Translations under genes and position numbers: made by a program
Part shown: positions 39,770 through 52,719 of the stretch, one piece after another
How positions within the stretch are numbered: position 1 is the stretch's first letter
How the letters are laid out: the number at the start of each line of letters is the position of its first letter
NCBI RefSeq assembly: GCF_006345805.1
Contig: NC_043022.1
Span: 17,856,001 to 17,920,000 of the forward strand
Length of the DNA stretch: 64,000 nt
Direction of reading: 5' to 3'
DNA from: Octopus sinensis
Taxonomy: Eukaryota
Notes under the pieces: model-generated
The model's input: only the letters and a program-made list of their open reading frames with translations
Told to the model about the DNA's origin: nothing
Database searches by the model: none

Positions 39770-39910
39770 CCATGACTTTCAGAAACCATTTTTCACACTC
39801 AGAAATTGCTGAAACATGGAATAAACTACCTGCATCAGTTGTTGGTGATCAGGACACCACATTCTTCAAGACTTCCATTCTTCCAGAAATTCACCAACAG
39901 TACATTTGAT
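39770..39910 (+). mobile_element. CR1/L2-type LINE 3' fragment
   Basis: HFSHSEIAETWNKLPASVV...FKTSILPE matches the FF..RV...WN.LP C-terminal motif of CR1-clade ORF2. Confidence 0.55.
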
Positions 39911-40524
39911 CAGTGGCAAAAGAGAACTACGAAACTAGGGTCACCACCAGGCAAACAAAGGGCCTCTTGTTTGCTTGTCTTCCTCTTCCCCTCTTCTAGC
40001 CTTTTTCTTGTTTCAATCATTTGACAGTGGCCATGCTGGGGCATCACTTTGAAGAATTTTAGTCAAATGAATTAACTCCAGCGCTTATCTTTTTTAAAGC
40101 TTGATTGCTTTTGCCAAACTGTAAAGTTACAGGGATGTAAACACACCAACAATTGTCAAGTGGTGGTGGGAGACAAACACTAACACACACACACACACCA
40201 TTGCTATTATGTTAAACTGTTGTATGTCCAAATTTGGCCAAATGCATTTTATTTAATATTTACTTTTGCTTGCAATAGCCAATTCTTTTGGTCAAACTAT
40301 CGTATCTCCAGCTGCTTCAGATGCCAAGATATGAAAATTGTCAAAGTGTAGCACAAAGGTTTTGCTATGGAACAGTGAAACTATTTTTGCGTTTTCTAAC
40401 AACGCAAAGTTTGGGACTTACGACACTTGTGCATAAAAGCAACAAGGTATATATGATGGGCTTTAAATATATAGAAGCAGAAAAGACTATTTACCCTGGT
40501 AAGACAGAAAAATTTGCGAGAAGG

Positions 40525-40590
40525 TGGCTACAGGACTTGAACTCGTACCCCTCAGATACCAGCTGAGTGCTTCAACCATTAAGATAAATG
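40525..40590 (-). tRNA. tRNA-like sequence (SINE head or tRNA pseudogene), anticodon arm with GGT
   Basis: CTCAG-CTGGTAT-CTGAG is a perfect anticodon arm, with a B box gagttcaagtcc. The acceptor stem does not pair, so this is not a functional tRNA. Confidence 0.45.
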
Positions 40591-40778
40591 CCCACCCCAC
40601 CCCAAACAACAATTTATAAACAAACTTTGGAAGCGTTGAGTGAGGTTGGTATTTTGCAGACAAGATAAGGGCAAAAACTCAATCTTTCTCTGTTCCCTTT
40701 ACAGCTTTAATGCATTCGAAATTTACTTTCTTGCTTGCAAAATACTAACAACATTTGAAGCTTCCAAAGTGTGTTTAT

Positions 40779-40809
<31 letters not shown>

Positions 40810-41215
40810 ATTATACACACACACACATATAAAACAGGCTTCTTTCAGTCCCATCTACCAAATCCACTATTCACAAAGCCTTGGGTGGCCTAAGGCCATA
40901 GTAGAAGACACTTGCCCATGGTGCCACACAGTGGGACTGAACCTGGGACCATGTCACTGGGAAACAAACTTCTTACCACACAGCCACAATTTTTCTTTTT
41001 CTAAATTAAACACTTACTTTTCTTGTAAGCTCCCATTTATTCCATTTAATGTTTAGAGATCTCCATAATAAACAAACTATTTATGACAGATGTTTCAATT
41101 ATTTTCTCGGAACCCAATTGTCCTGTGTGCTGCCAATCTGTTGGTTTAAATTCAATTTTTAGCAACAACAAAAACAATTGTACAAAATCCAAACAAACAA
41201 CAAAAAACCACTTAC

Positions 41216-42652
41216 ATTTCTTGGTGTCAAGAGTGTTGGCAATGTCATCGTAGATGTCTGAAGGATCTTCACAACCATTATTGACACCATTTGTACCAGT
41301 ACATTTCCCAGAATCTACATTTGCAGAACCACCACCGATCTTTGAGGTTAGAAACTTTACTTGGCCAGACTGGATCACATTTTCATAGCTCCCTCTTTTC
41401 TTCTTTGCACTAAAAGTACCGTCAGGTACAGGTTCCGATGACAGGATGATGATGATGAACAAGATGACAACGATGAGGGTGATCTATTTAAAGGCTGAAC
41501 TCGAGATGGTAATCGCACATCATTGGCAGCATTTTTCAAAATATTTGCAAGTTTCTTTTTTTGTAGAATATTTTCAGCAGCCTGAGACTTGTAAGTTGTC
41601 CCAGCAGTGCTGGATGGAGTTCTTTCATTGACCGCAATTTTACAAGAAGAATCAATATCAAATTTAATGTTCTGCAAGCTGCTGATATTCCTATCGTGTG
41701 TGCTGTTAAGGAAATCCGAATATGAAGTCTTGGTTGATCCAAGGGTGGCAGCCCGAGACTTGAACAATTCTGAGGAGGATAACAAGTTGGAAGGTTTAAA
41801 ATCTCCTCTCAAAGGCAGAGTTGCTGTTGCTGCCGCCGCCGATATTCCTCGCACATTTGCTGAGGAAGCTTTCACAAAGTCATGAGTGCCACCAATGCCA
41901 CTGTCATCGACCGACTTCTCAAACTTATTACGTAAGTCCTTCATTTTGGCATCAGCAAACCTTTTCATGATAAGTTCACATTCTTTGAGGTCGTTGTGCA
42001 CAGGGGACTTTCGAGTGTCTTCTAAACTCTGCAAACGCTCAAGAATTAAATGTTTTGTGTTAGACTTTTGGGGGAAGAACAAATTTTCTGCAGAGCTTGT
42101 GTGTTCCAATGGATAACCTTCATTTCTGCAAGGAAGCGTATCACGTGATGCAAGTGATCTGTCCGAGCCTGTAATGTCTGATGCTGACAGCATCTTCTTC
42201 CTGCCATGCAGATACAAGCTCCTTTCGCAAGGGCTTTCATAAGACAGAATTGTTCTGGAAACTTTACTGGTCGATTGTGAATTACAGCCATCAGGCATTT
42301 TAGACGGAGCCTTGACGTCTGTCAACTGAGTAATACTGCTATTACTGCTGGTACTACTAGCACTACTCGTCCGTGATGATATACGGTTTTTGGTACCTTT
42401 AGTTCCACTTAAATCACTGCGACTGAGACGAGGTTTTGGACTCGGACGTACAGCAGCCGTCCCTCCTGCTTTTGAAGTTGCTGTCCCTCTGGCTTTTGAA
42501 GTTGCTGTTCCTCCGGCTCTTGAAGCTGCAGCTGGTTTCTTGCTGGGAGACACCACATTCACTGCTCTTGGCTGCGCAATGACCTCACTGTTCTTTTCCT
42601 CAAACAGCGAGGTCAAATCTGACACTTTTTTAGGGGGTTTAGTGGTATTCAT
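41216..42652 (-). CDS. Large coding exon (probably the first coding exon) of a multi-exon gene encoding a Ser-rich disordered N-terminus with actin-binding-like and phosphotyrosine motifs; contains an apparent 1-nt frameshift near 41444
   Basis: Acceptor 'tttctttcttttcctttgtacag|' (exon starts 42709) and donor 'AAAT|GTAAGT' (exon ends 41216). The 425-aa ORF 41375-42652 and the overlapping ORF 41046-41462 join into 479 codons plus a phase-1 base if one nt is added near 41443-41445. This is the longest non-repetitive ORF in the window. Confidence 0.8.
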
Positions 42653-43442
42653 GACTTCAGCTAATTCTCTAACCCCATGGTGGTTGGTAGTTTAGGTGCA
42701 AAGCAAGACCTGTACAAAGGAAAAGAAAGAAATATTATCTGATGGGTTAAATCAGTGACATATAAAAGGAGGAAATGGTGTGAAGAGTCTTAGAGAAAAT
42801 AAACATAAACCAATGCTAGAGCTCAAGCAGACAGGAATAGCAGCCAAAACTCCCTCAAATCACATCCTACTGTCTTAAAAAAAGAACATATTGGACAGAG
42901 AAGTCCTGGATCTAGAAAAAGACAGGATAGTTTCAGCTGTAATAATTTTGATCATCTCTGCTCAATGTGGGTTAACCAAGGGTTAAACAATAACGTGGGA
43001 TTAAATCAAGAAACTCTCAAGGGATTAGGTCCAGTGTTTAATCCTGTGATGTGAACTGTTTGGGGGTTAAGACCCAAAGTTGATGTAAACACATTCAGTG
43101 AAATTATAAGGATTGCTAAACTCCCTAGCCATTCCTCAGACTCCCGGCACTCAACTCAGCTGTTCATTAAATATATCATTCCTCACAAAAGTAATTTCTA
43201 TGGAATTGTGTCAATAACAAATAATTAGGACAACGAAAATGATTTCACACTGAATATTAAATGTTTAAGAGAAGTCTTTGTATATTTCTGGATGATTAAT
43301 TTGTGTCTTCCATGCTGTAATTGTTTTAGCTGCAACACAATCTCAGGTCAATCCACTTGAAAACAATTTACATGAAAATATATGTATGTTTATGTGTTTG
43401 TATGCAGGTGATTATCTATAATACATATATTACACCAAAGTC

Positions 43443-43489
<47 letters not shown>

Positions 43490-46099
43490 TCATTGAATGT
43501 CCTCCTTCCATCCATGCATGGATAGGACAGTTGACTGGAGGTGGCCAAGTAGAAAACTACCCTAGGCTACTGCCTGTTTTGGCAGGGTTTTTATGGCTAG
43601 ATGCCCTTCCTAAAACTTAGTGTGAAATTAATAAGACAAAAGAGAATTTCTATTAACCCTTTAACATTCAGATTGCTCTGTCAAAATGTAATATTTATTC
43701 ACATTGTCTTCAATTTATCATTATCTTTTGGCCCCATTGATGGTTTAAATGCTAAACAGTTAAACCCAACAATTTTTATGCTCCTTTTTCACCCCTCTCC
43801 AAACCCCTGCAATAAAATCTGCATCTCCATTTACAGATTTATTTCTCATCTGCTTCACATTCTAAAACCAAAGTGAAGCACTCCAATTCAAGAATGCTGT
43901 GATATTGCTGAGGACGCCTTCATCACATTCCTCAGAACCTCTTCAATGTTTGATTGTTGTGTCAGTTTTATTTCTTCTACAAAACAAATGTAGTTTCCCA
44001 CATTCTAAGCAAGGTTGGCCATAGTTTACTGATTGTCGAATTTATTTCCATGGTCCATTGCACACACAAAGATAGGTTTCTTCAAGAAGTTGAGGCTTGT
44101 ATGCTGTGATGATTTCTTTCCTTAAAACCTCACATTTACAACTCCATGCTGTCTGCTCAGAGAAACATTAAAATCAAAAAATAACCAACAAATGTATGCT
44201 TTGATGATTCCTTTGTACAACCTTTCCTATTTAATGTGATGCTCTGATGACTGAAAATAATTTCGTTTTTAATGGAACCCGAAAGATATATGCCATGACA
44301 GCTTCTGTCTTCTGATCTCCACTTTTAGATTGCCCTGCTCCATTCTCTCTCCTCCCATTTAAACCATTATGCTCTATGCTTTAAAGACTTCGGATTTTCC
44401 TAAAATATAACAGCAATATATGTCATTTTAGTCAAATATAATCAGCAGAAGTCAAAGAGGTTATCAGAAGACGCTGTCAACAAGAGTCACTTTAGTAAAA
44501 AGCAAGAGTCGTGGACAGTTGTCAATATGTTGTGAGGAGAAAAAGAAATGATGAACACAACTAAGGACCTTCATCTTGTGCCACAGCTTTCGTTTCATAC
44601 CTCAAATACATCTTGACCAATAACTATGGAGTTAACTTTTTAATTACCTTAGGTTGCTACTTGGGTTAATGATAGAATTTATGATATGCTTGCTTTCATC
44701 AACTAAACCTTAAAGCTTACTAACAGATGTTTATTAGAAAAGGGAATTCTGGACTTAGCATATTTATTGCTTGTGGAAATAACTGCACAATAACAGATAG
44801 GTGTGTTAAACCCCACAAATATAACACATCTATTACTTGTGCTGTTGCCTGGCAAACCACAGACACAGGGTTCAAATCTTACCCAAAACCTTTTTCGTTC
44901 CCTTTCTGTTCCAAATTATGGGAAAAGGTGAAATTGATAATTTCTCAATATTTGTGGTGTTGTGGAAATGTTTTCAATCAAGGTTTAACACCTTTTCGTG
45001 CTGGATGTTACTGGAATAAACCATCCTGTTAGTATTTGAGAGAAGTTTCAAGCTTCATAGCCCTGTTTTCAAACTGAAATTCTGTGGTTTAGAAGGTTGC
45101 TTACATAGCAACAAATTCCTTCTTACAAATATACAAATAAAAGCAAAAATAGGAAATAAAAGATAGAAAAAATAAAAGGGTGTAAAAACTAATATAAAAA
45201 ATAATAAAAGAATACAAAAAGTAACTACAACAGTATGTGTAAAAAAATAAGAAAGAAGAAAAAAGAAAAAGGTGGAAGGTAAGAAGACAAAAAGTAGTTG
45301 AAAATGATCTAGTCTATCAGGAATAAAGAAATGAAATATTTGTAGGAGTGGTCAAAAATGTTGAGTTCTCCTCAAAAGAAGACAATTGTAAATCTTGATT
45401 TGAGGTAATTTTATTCATTTTTTACAGTTGGTATGGTGTGTCCTCATTTAGTCACACATACACGCATATATATATATATACACACACACCCATACACATA
45501 CATTACATACACATCTCCATGTGTATACATATACATAAATATCCATACGTACATGCACACATATATACACACACAACCACACACACATACATATATATGT
45601 GTACACATGCATGTGTTCCACATAAGAGGGTGTCACTAAAGCTGCTAAATGTACTGAGTTGTGACCTATTTACAGAGTGGACTGGGCCAGCAATGAATAA
45701 TGTTGCCCAACACTATGGGCACAAATGCATGGTGGTAGAATTTGAACCTATAATCTCAGTCCACTTGGCCTTTAGCAACTTTTCAGTTGGTTAAGGAGGG
45801 GGGGGATAGCTTTTAATAAATAAAAAAATAACAAAAGAACTATAAACTTTGATCAGAATATTTTCTTTCCTGAACAACAAAAAAAGAAAAATTTTACAAA
45901 AAGAAAAAAGAATTTCTATCAACATTGAAAACAGATGGAAAAACCAAACATTGAAACATTAAGAATTTTATACTGATCCTACCCCCCCCCACCGCTCTCT
46001 TAGTCTACACACACACACATTTTCTCCCCCCTCTCTATATGTGTGCGTGTATGTGTGCCTCTGAGTGTGTGCGTGCCTGTGTATATATATATGTATATA

Positions 46100-46177
<78 letters not shown>

Positions 46178-47947
46178 GTATATATATATCTGTATGTGTG
46201 AGTGTATAATGCTTTCATTATTTATTCGTGTTTTATTGGTTTTTAATCTTCTTTTAAAAGATTTATTTAAAATCTTTATAAACTGAACCCTGAAATTTTT
46301 TTGGGGTCCCATGATGAAATAATACACCCTCCCACCCACCCCACACACATTGCTCTGAGCAATAAATTAATCGCGCTTTTGTTGTTTTGTTGTTGTCATT
46401 TAACGATTATTTTGCAAGAACTTTTCTCTGCTTTGAGATTAAAAAACAAGATAAAGTGTGTGTGTGTGTGTGTGAGAAAGAGTGAGTTTGTATGAGTGCA
46501 ATTAAGTGTGGGCATGTGTGCATATTTGCATGCATTTGTTCCTAATCTAGTTTATTTCATTAAAAAAACAAACCACAAATGAAATCCACTCCACTTCTCT
46601 CTCAATGCAAAGAATTTAATTTCTGCATCATTATCGTTTTTTGTTTTTTTTTCCAGCTCCCTGTAACTTGCTTCAAATATCATTTACCATTTTGTTGTTG
46701 TTAGTCTTATTCTTTCTGCTTCAGAATTATTTCCATCAGTGGAGCAAAAGAAGGGCCAATGGAATCTAACTCTGTTAATATAGAAATATACACTGCAGCA
46801 AGTGGGAAGACAAAACATTTTGAGAACATCACTGGTGTTTCTACAGACTTGCATTTACTTAAACTGTGGCCGTGTAGAAGCCAGAAGCCAAACAATTTTC
46901 TGTTTATGGCCAAATGTCATCAGCAGAATCAGACAAGTCTTGGAAGTCCATCCACCAATCCAACCATCCATTTTCTGTGCCTATTATTCCTAGGAGAGTC
47001 CTCAGGTTCCTCCTCCTTAGGATCCAATCAGAAACAACTGGCTTTACAAGCAGAACCCCCCCCCCCCTGTAGTGTATGTCAAGTAACAATAACATGGTCA
47101 AGCTTTTTGTGACTTGAAGACTTCATTAATAACATACAATTATTTGCATTAAACCAGTCAGATTTGAAGGCCATGTTTGGAGAGCTTACAAAGGCCATGT
47201 TGTACAGGCCTTCTCTCCATGGCCATCTATTAAGAAAATAAAAATATTGCAAAGATACGTCATCTAGTGTTGAAAGGAAGGGATGTCTTGAATGATACAG
47301 TAATGTGCTTTCTGATATACAAACAAGACAGGATGGTCATAACTGGATTGCCTTTGATTGTTGAAGACTGCTTGATCAGGATCAACCTGGGGCTAAATAA
47401 CAACCATCTCTTTTCTTATTTCTTTCACATTTCACCATCCTTCCATCATCATCATCATCATTACCATCATCTGTCACCACAACCACCACCACCATAACCA
47501 TCATTACAACCACCACCCCCACCTACCAGCACCCCATCATCACCTGATCACTTTATATTTTCATTGTAAAAAAAAATCGCAGTATTTCCTGTGAGAAAAC
47601 ATTCCATTTCCTTTGCTAGAGACTAATAAGGGGCTGTCACAGGATCTAGTTCTATGTCTTCCTGATATTGGCTCCCTGGGGCACAGAGTAAGAAAGCTCA
47701 GTTGCAAAGAGAGATGTTCTCCCTCACATTTATAAACATCCACATACAAGTGCATGCGTGCATGCATGTGTGCGTGCATGCACATCAACACGTGTATGTG
47801 TGCTCATTAGCATACATTTATATGTATGCTTGTTAGCATGGGTAAAAGCTCATGTGAGTGTTGTGCATTTGGGGTTTGCTGAACACGAGTGTGTTTCTGC
47901 TGAAGTGAATATTCACATCAACATAAGACACGTGGCTACCTCTACAG

Positions 47948-47980
<33 letters not shown>

Positions 47981-48457
47981 TGTATGTACAGACCCATAAA
48001 CACTCACACACAAATGTATACACACACATACACAGAGTTCCAAAATAAACTTATTCCTACACAAACATACACCTTCCTTATAAACACACACATACACTCA
48101 CACAGAACCTCCATTCAATGCTATGTTTGTCTGTCTGTGTGTCCGTCTTCAGAGATTTCCTGTACCTCAACAGGATACACCTGTAGCTTAAGTAAAAGAT
48201 TTGAAACGGGATTACTGTCACTCTGCCACTTCACTAATTTACAGCCAGATATCTCTTAAATCAGATGAAGAAAGCTGCTCCAGGAACCTCAATTCCTCAC
48301 ACATCCCCCCCTCTTCAATCATTTGCTTCTATATAAAGAAATTCTTCAGTCACCTGTTTACTGCTCTTCTACTCACCCCACCACAAAAACGCAAGCCTTA
48401 TGGCATCATTAGGGGGCAGGTGACCAGTCTGTTACACTCAATCCCTCTCCAATAGAA

Positions 48458-48830
48458 CAGTGATTCTCAACCCTTTTTTTTTACTCTTGAACCTTTTACA
48501 TTCTTATTTTATTCAGGTGAACCCCACCCCCACACAAAAACCATTCAATATTTAAAAGCTAGTTTTATAGAAACTCGTTTCAAAATTCCAATTTTGTTTT
48601 TCACGAGCTCACTTGCAGACTTTTGCAATAGAACTCTTTCAAAGAACTTGTTTCAATGACCAAAAACTATGTCAAACATTAGAGAAAGAAACCTTTGCTG
48701 TTTCTTGCAATAAAATACATCGAAAGCAAAATCCCTTTTCATGAACCCTTAAAATACTACAGTGGACATTGAATATCTTGCTTGCACAAATCCCCAAAAA
48801 TCTTATATGAACCCAAGTTAAGAACCACTG
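48458..48830. mobile_element. hAT-type non-autonomous transposon (same family as 20811, opposite orientation)
   Basis: TIRs cagtgattctcaac / gttaagaaccactg; TSD caatagaa/cagtagaa (7/8). Confidence 0.85.
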
Positions 48831-48949
48831 CAGTAGAAGCTGTGTTTTGCCGTCACTTTGTGAAGAATTTTTTTGTATGAAAATTACTTGCTGATAACAT
48901 TAAGCAGAGAACATAACACTATTTGGATTACTGATTCTAATAAATGAAT

Positions 48950-49015
48950 AATTTTTAATTCAACATAAATAGTTTGGGACATAAGTCCCAAACTATTTAT
49001 GTTGAATTAAAAATT
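48950..49015. repeat. Perfect 31-bp inverted repeat with a 4-nt loop
   Basis: aatttttaattcaacataaatagtttgggac-ataa-gtcccaaactatttatgttgaattaaaaatt. Confidence 0.95.
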
Positions 49016-49559
49016 GCTTTCAGTAGCAATAACTGCTTGATAACATTATCCTTAATTATAATAAATGGCTTTGTGTGAGTATAATGTGAGAAATGAGCAA
49101 AGATTATTATAAGATACAAAAGGCAGAACAAATGAAAAAGAAAATTGAAAATTTAGCCTTTGTTAGTTGTCTTGCTAAATTTCCTGATAGTTTTGACACC
49201 CTAGAACCGTCCTGTTAGTAGGGTCAACAATCATTAGATATGGCTGTTAGGCAATAAATGCAATGAAGACAAGATACCTACATATACAAGATTTTCTATA
49301 GTTTCCATCGACCAATTCCTCTCAAAAAGTTTTGGTTAACTCAAGGCTACAATGGAAGACAAGATGTCAGGCAGTGGAAAAGAACTTGAAATCACATGGT
49401 CACAAAGCAAACTCCATGTCCACACAGTCATGCCTGCACACACACACACACTTGGTAGCAGACCAACACTCTGCTCTTGTAACCATGTTAAGTTTATAAC
49501 CAAATTATTGAAGCCGGGATGGGCTTAATTGTTATAGACATGAATCATAACAGGATCAC

Positions 49560-50470
49560 ATCTCATTAGAAATTAACAAAAGAACTTCTGTGATGAGTTT
49601 AGACTTCCATTCAATCTTAAGAAGACCAAAGTCATGCTAAAACCAGCAGCAGGCAAGCCATACATGCCCACCACTTATACACATCATGGCCAGAAAGTTA
49701 CAAGTTGTGGCTATGTTTATCTATCTTGGTAGCCCACAATCTAGATTTAATACACATGGTGAGGAGGGCAGTTAGGGACTTTCTAGGGCTTGTAATGCAT
49801 TTGGAAAGCTTGAAATGAGGCTCCAGTCACAATTGGACATCAAAGCAGCAATGAAAGTCGAGGTCAAGCATGCATGTCTTAACAATGCTGTTGTATGGAT
49901 GCAAAACCTGGACAACCCACCACAGGCAGACCCAACATCAAAGGTGATTCCACCAGTGATGTTCACATGATATCCTGAAGATCTCTTGGCAATCACATGT
50001 ACTTGACATGAGAGGACTGCTGTAGCTGGCAAAAAGGATGAGTATTGAGTGCATGGTTATGAAACATTAACTTAGATGGTCTGGTCATCTTGTCTGTTTA
50101 GAGGACAGCTGCAAGCCAAAGCAGGTAGTGTATAGTGAGCTGGTGGAGCAAGGGAGATGTCCCTAGTGAAAGCCCTGCAACCATTTCAAAGACAACCTTA
50201 AAGACACACTTAAAAAGATCAATGTTGATACTTGGGAATATTGATACTGGGAAGCCCTTGCATCAGATAGGGAGCTGTGGAGGAACCTAATTGCTATGGG
50301 TCTAAAGAATTCAAGAACAACAGGGCTATATAAACCAAGGTGAAATGGGTTGGTAAATATATGGAGGATGCGAACCCTCTTCCTGTGAAGAGCAGAAAAG
50401 AGTCCCTTTTGTGTGGCCAGTGTGGTCATGTCAACTTCTCAAAGGGAGGCCTATTCTGCTACAAGCATGG
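49560..50470 (+). pseudogene. Decayed RTE-clade LINE 3' half (RT end to C-terminal zinc finger), a different family from 35031
   Basis: NLKKTKVML, FIYLGS, AFGKLE, LLYGCKTWT, LRWSGHL, FKDNLKDTLK, DRELWRNL and CGQCG...HGH motifs, with frameshifts. Confidence 0.8.
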
Positions 50471-51454
50471 TCATGGAGGCCCCCATCACCACCACCACCA
50501 TCTAGCAATGGGATAACCAGCCAGTCCCAACATCCAGGTGGTCAAGTTATTACTGGAGGACTGACTTGTGGTCAGTGTAGAGTGACATGCAGGTGCCTTG
50601 TAGACCTTGGGGGCCATAGGAGACATCACCAGTGATGGGAAGACCCAACAGGAGATGTGTTTTTACTTGGTTATGAGTTGACTTCCGTCTCACACACACA
50701 CACATTTAGAGAGAAGGAACGTTAAAAGTCAGAAGGTAGGGAGGGGTGAATATATTTATATTCACCTTTCATATCTCTGGACCTTTCAGGATCTATATAC
50801 TCCTCATTAAATAATTTCATTGATTGGATCTCCTGGATTTCAGCTGCACAAAACACAGCATTATGTTCCTCTGTATTGGAATACTATTGTGTGGTATGAT
50901 AGCTGGGTCCAGTAGAGGAGCTTTCTGTGATAGCCACATGATTCTCTGAATCCACATATTACACTACAAATTTACACACACACACACACACGTGTGCGTG
51001 CGCTTGTTTCCTTGTTTCAAAATCAAATAATAATTGTAAACGAGTGTCCTTGTCATTAAGCAGTATCATTCATTTCCCAATATTCTGCAAACACATGTCT
51101 GGTCATGGAGGAATATTACCCAGTTTGGAAACAAGAAGGGGTATCCAGCTGTAAAAAAGCTGCATCAATAAACCTCATCAAACCCATGCCAGCATGGAAA
51201 AGCAGACATCATGATGATGATGATATCATCATCATCATCATCATATAATAGGTTTTAAACAGGTTACTGTGTTTAAAAAACACAGCCAGTAAATTCAGAT
51301 TGAATATGAAATACAATAGCATGCTGCTTCTCATCTTTAACCTTTGGTTTTATATCCATTATTTAATTGTGTGTTGGGAGGTTGGGAGGTTTGTCAGCTG
51401 CACCAAACTGAATCAGTCAGACACGACTTTGACTCATCTTCCTTTGGCCTTACT

Positions 51455-51735
51455 CACATTATTGGCAATAGTTACATCATCAGCTCTACCCACATTATCA
51501 GCTCTACCCACATTATCAGCTCTACCCACATTATCAGCTCTACCCACATTATCGGCTTTACCCACATTATCAGCCCTACTCACATTATCAACTCTGCCCA
51601 CATTATCGGTTCTGCTCACATTATCAGCCCTACCCACATTTTCAACTCTGCTCACATTATCAACTCTGTCCACATTATCAGCCCTACCCACATTACCAGC
51701 TCTGGCCACATTATTGGCTTTGCTCACATTATCAA
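51455..51735. repeat. Degenerate 18-bp tandem repeat, 16 units (cacattatcagctctacc)
   Basis: The cacatt anchor recurs every 18 nt from 51455 to 51725 without indels. Confidence 0.95.
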
Positions 51736-51785
51736 ACCTTGTATTGGAGGAGATGTGGACCCTCATTGTGTGGAAGTGATTCATT
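51458..51785 (-). CDS. Candidate exon containing ~15 copies of a DNV(G/S)RA hexapeptide
   Basis: Strong acceptor 'ttcttgtcttcttcttttgtcacag|' and donor 'AAT|GTGAGT'. 109 open codons from the ATG at 51784; no indels across 16 repeat units; much of the variation is synonymous or conservative. Confidence 0.45.
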
Positions 51786-52719
51786 CTGTGACAAAAGAAG
51801 AAGACAAGAATGAAATGCAAAAGAAGAAAGTTTATGGGGCCTATTTTGTCGTAGCTATTCAGTTTGTTGGTTGGAGGCCCAGGATTCAGGTATTTGGCTG
51901 GTGTGGAATTGAAATGCATCTGGAACAAGATTGGAATTGGAGGTTTTTGTATGTAAACAAAAAGGGGGAGGTTTCTGCCTTCCTCCTCCTCCTCAGCATG
52001 TTGCCTGATAGGATTGCATGAAAGATACAACACACACACACACACACACAGAGGAAGGTTTCATAAGCATAAAATCAGCAGAAATTAACCGAATAAAGGA
52101 CTCACTTTATTATATACATATGTATACATGCACACACACACACACGCATACATATATTATAGATACTCAAATACACACACATGATGAGATAAGATCTTTG
52201 AATGTTAGACCTTGCAGACAAGATGATGCAGGATGTAGATAAATGATTTATCACAGTATACACCCTCCCCCAACTCCTACCAGCTTAGAGTGACATGTTT
52301 ATTTAGAATTAAATAATGTTGAAGAAGACACACACCCTAAACACACACACACACTCATGTGGTCTGTCTTTATCTTGCAAATGATGGGTGGAACGATTTT
52401 GGCATCTAATGGAACATTTTATTTTGTTTGATTATTAAAAAAATGTTAATTGTTCAATCATAAACCTCATTCATTAGTCATATCTGATTCTAGATTATGT
52501 CCAGGATATGAAGCTGGGTGTTTTCTAAACAAATACTTAGTTTCTCAGGAGTTCAAATTCCTCTCCAGTCAGGGTGGCCAGACCACATTCATAAAACACT
52601 GTGGAATATTTTCAAGATTTCAGAGGATTATGTGATAAAAGGAACCTGTATACATTCACTAGAGGAGCTTTCCATGATACCCACATTATATATATGTATA
52701 TATATGTGTTGGGCCTCAT

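Noticed and set aside
41216-42652. Assigning the symbol FGD4/frabin or FYB
   Set aside because: It rests only on short motifs recalled from memory; no DH, PH, FYVE or SH3 exon is visible in the window.
42390-42695. Plus-strand ORFs overlapping the main exon (41446-42695)
   Set aside because: Antisense shadows of the real minus-strand exon.
44240-44270. CTGATGA-CT-GAAA hammerhead core match (also CTGAAGA...GAAA near 33188)
   Set aside because: No helix I or III pairing; expected by chance.
46759-47112. 117-aa plus-strand ORF
   Set aside because: No motif and runs into a poly-C tract; it cannot be distinguished from chance.
51300-52021. Plus-strand ORFs TLSALP (159 aa) and HIISST (225 aa)
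   Set aside because: Likely shadows of the 18-bp repeat. Splice signals and host-gene orientation favour the minus frame, although TLSALP cannot be formally excluded.
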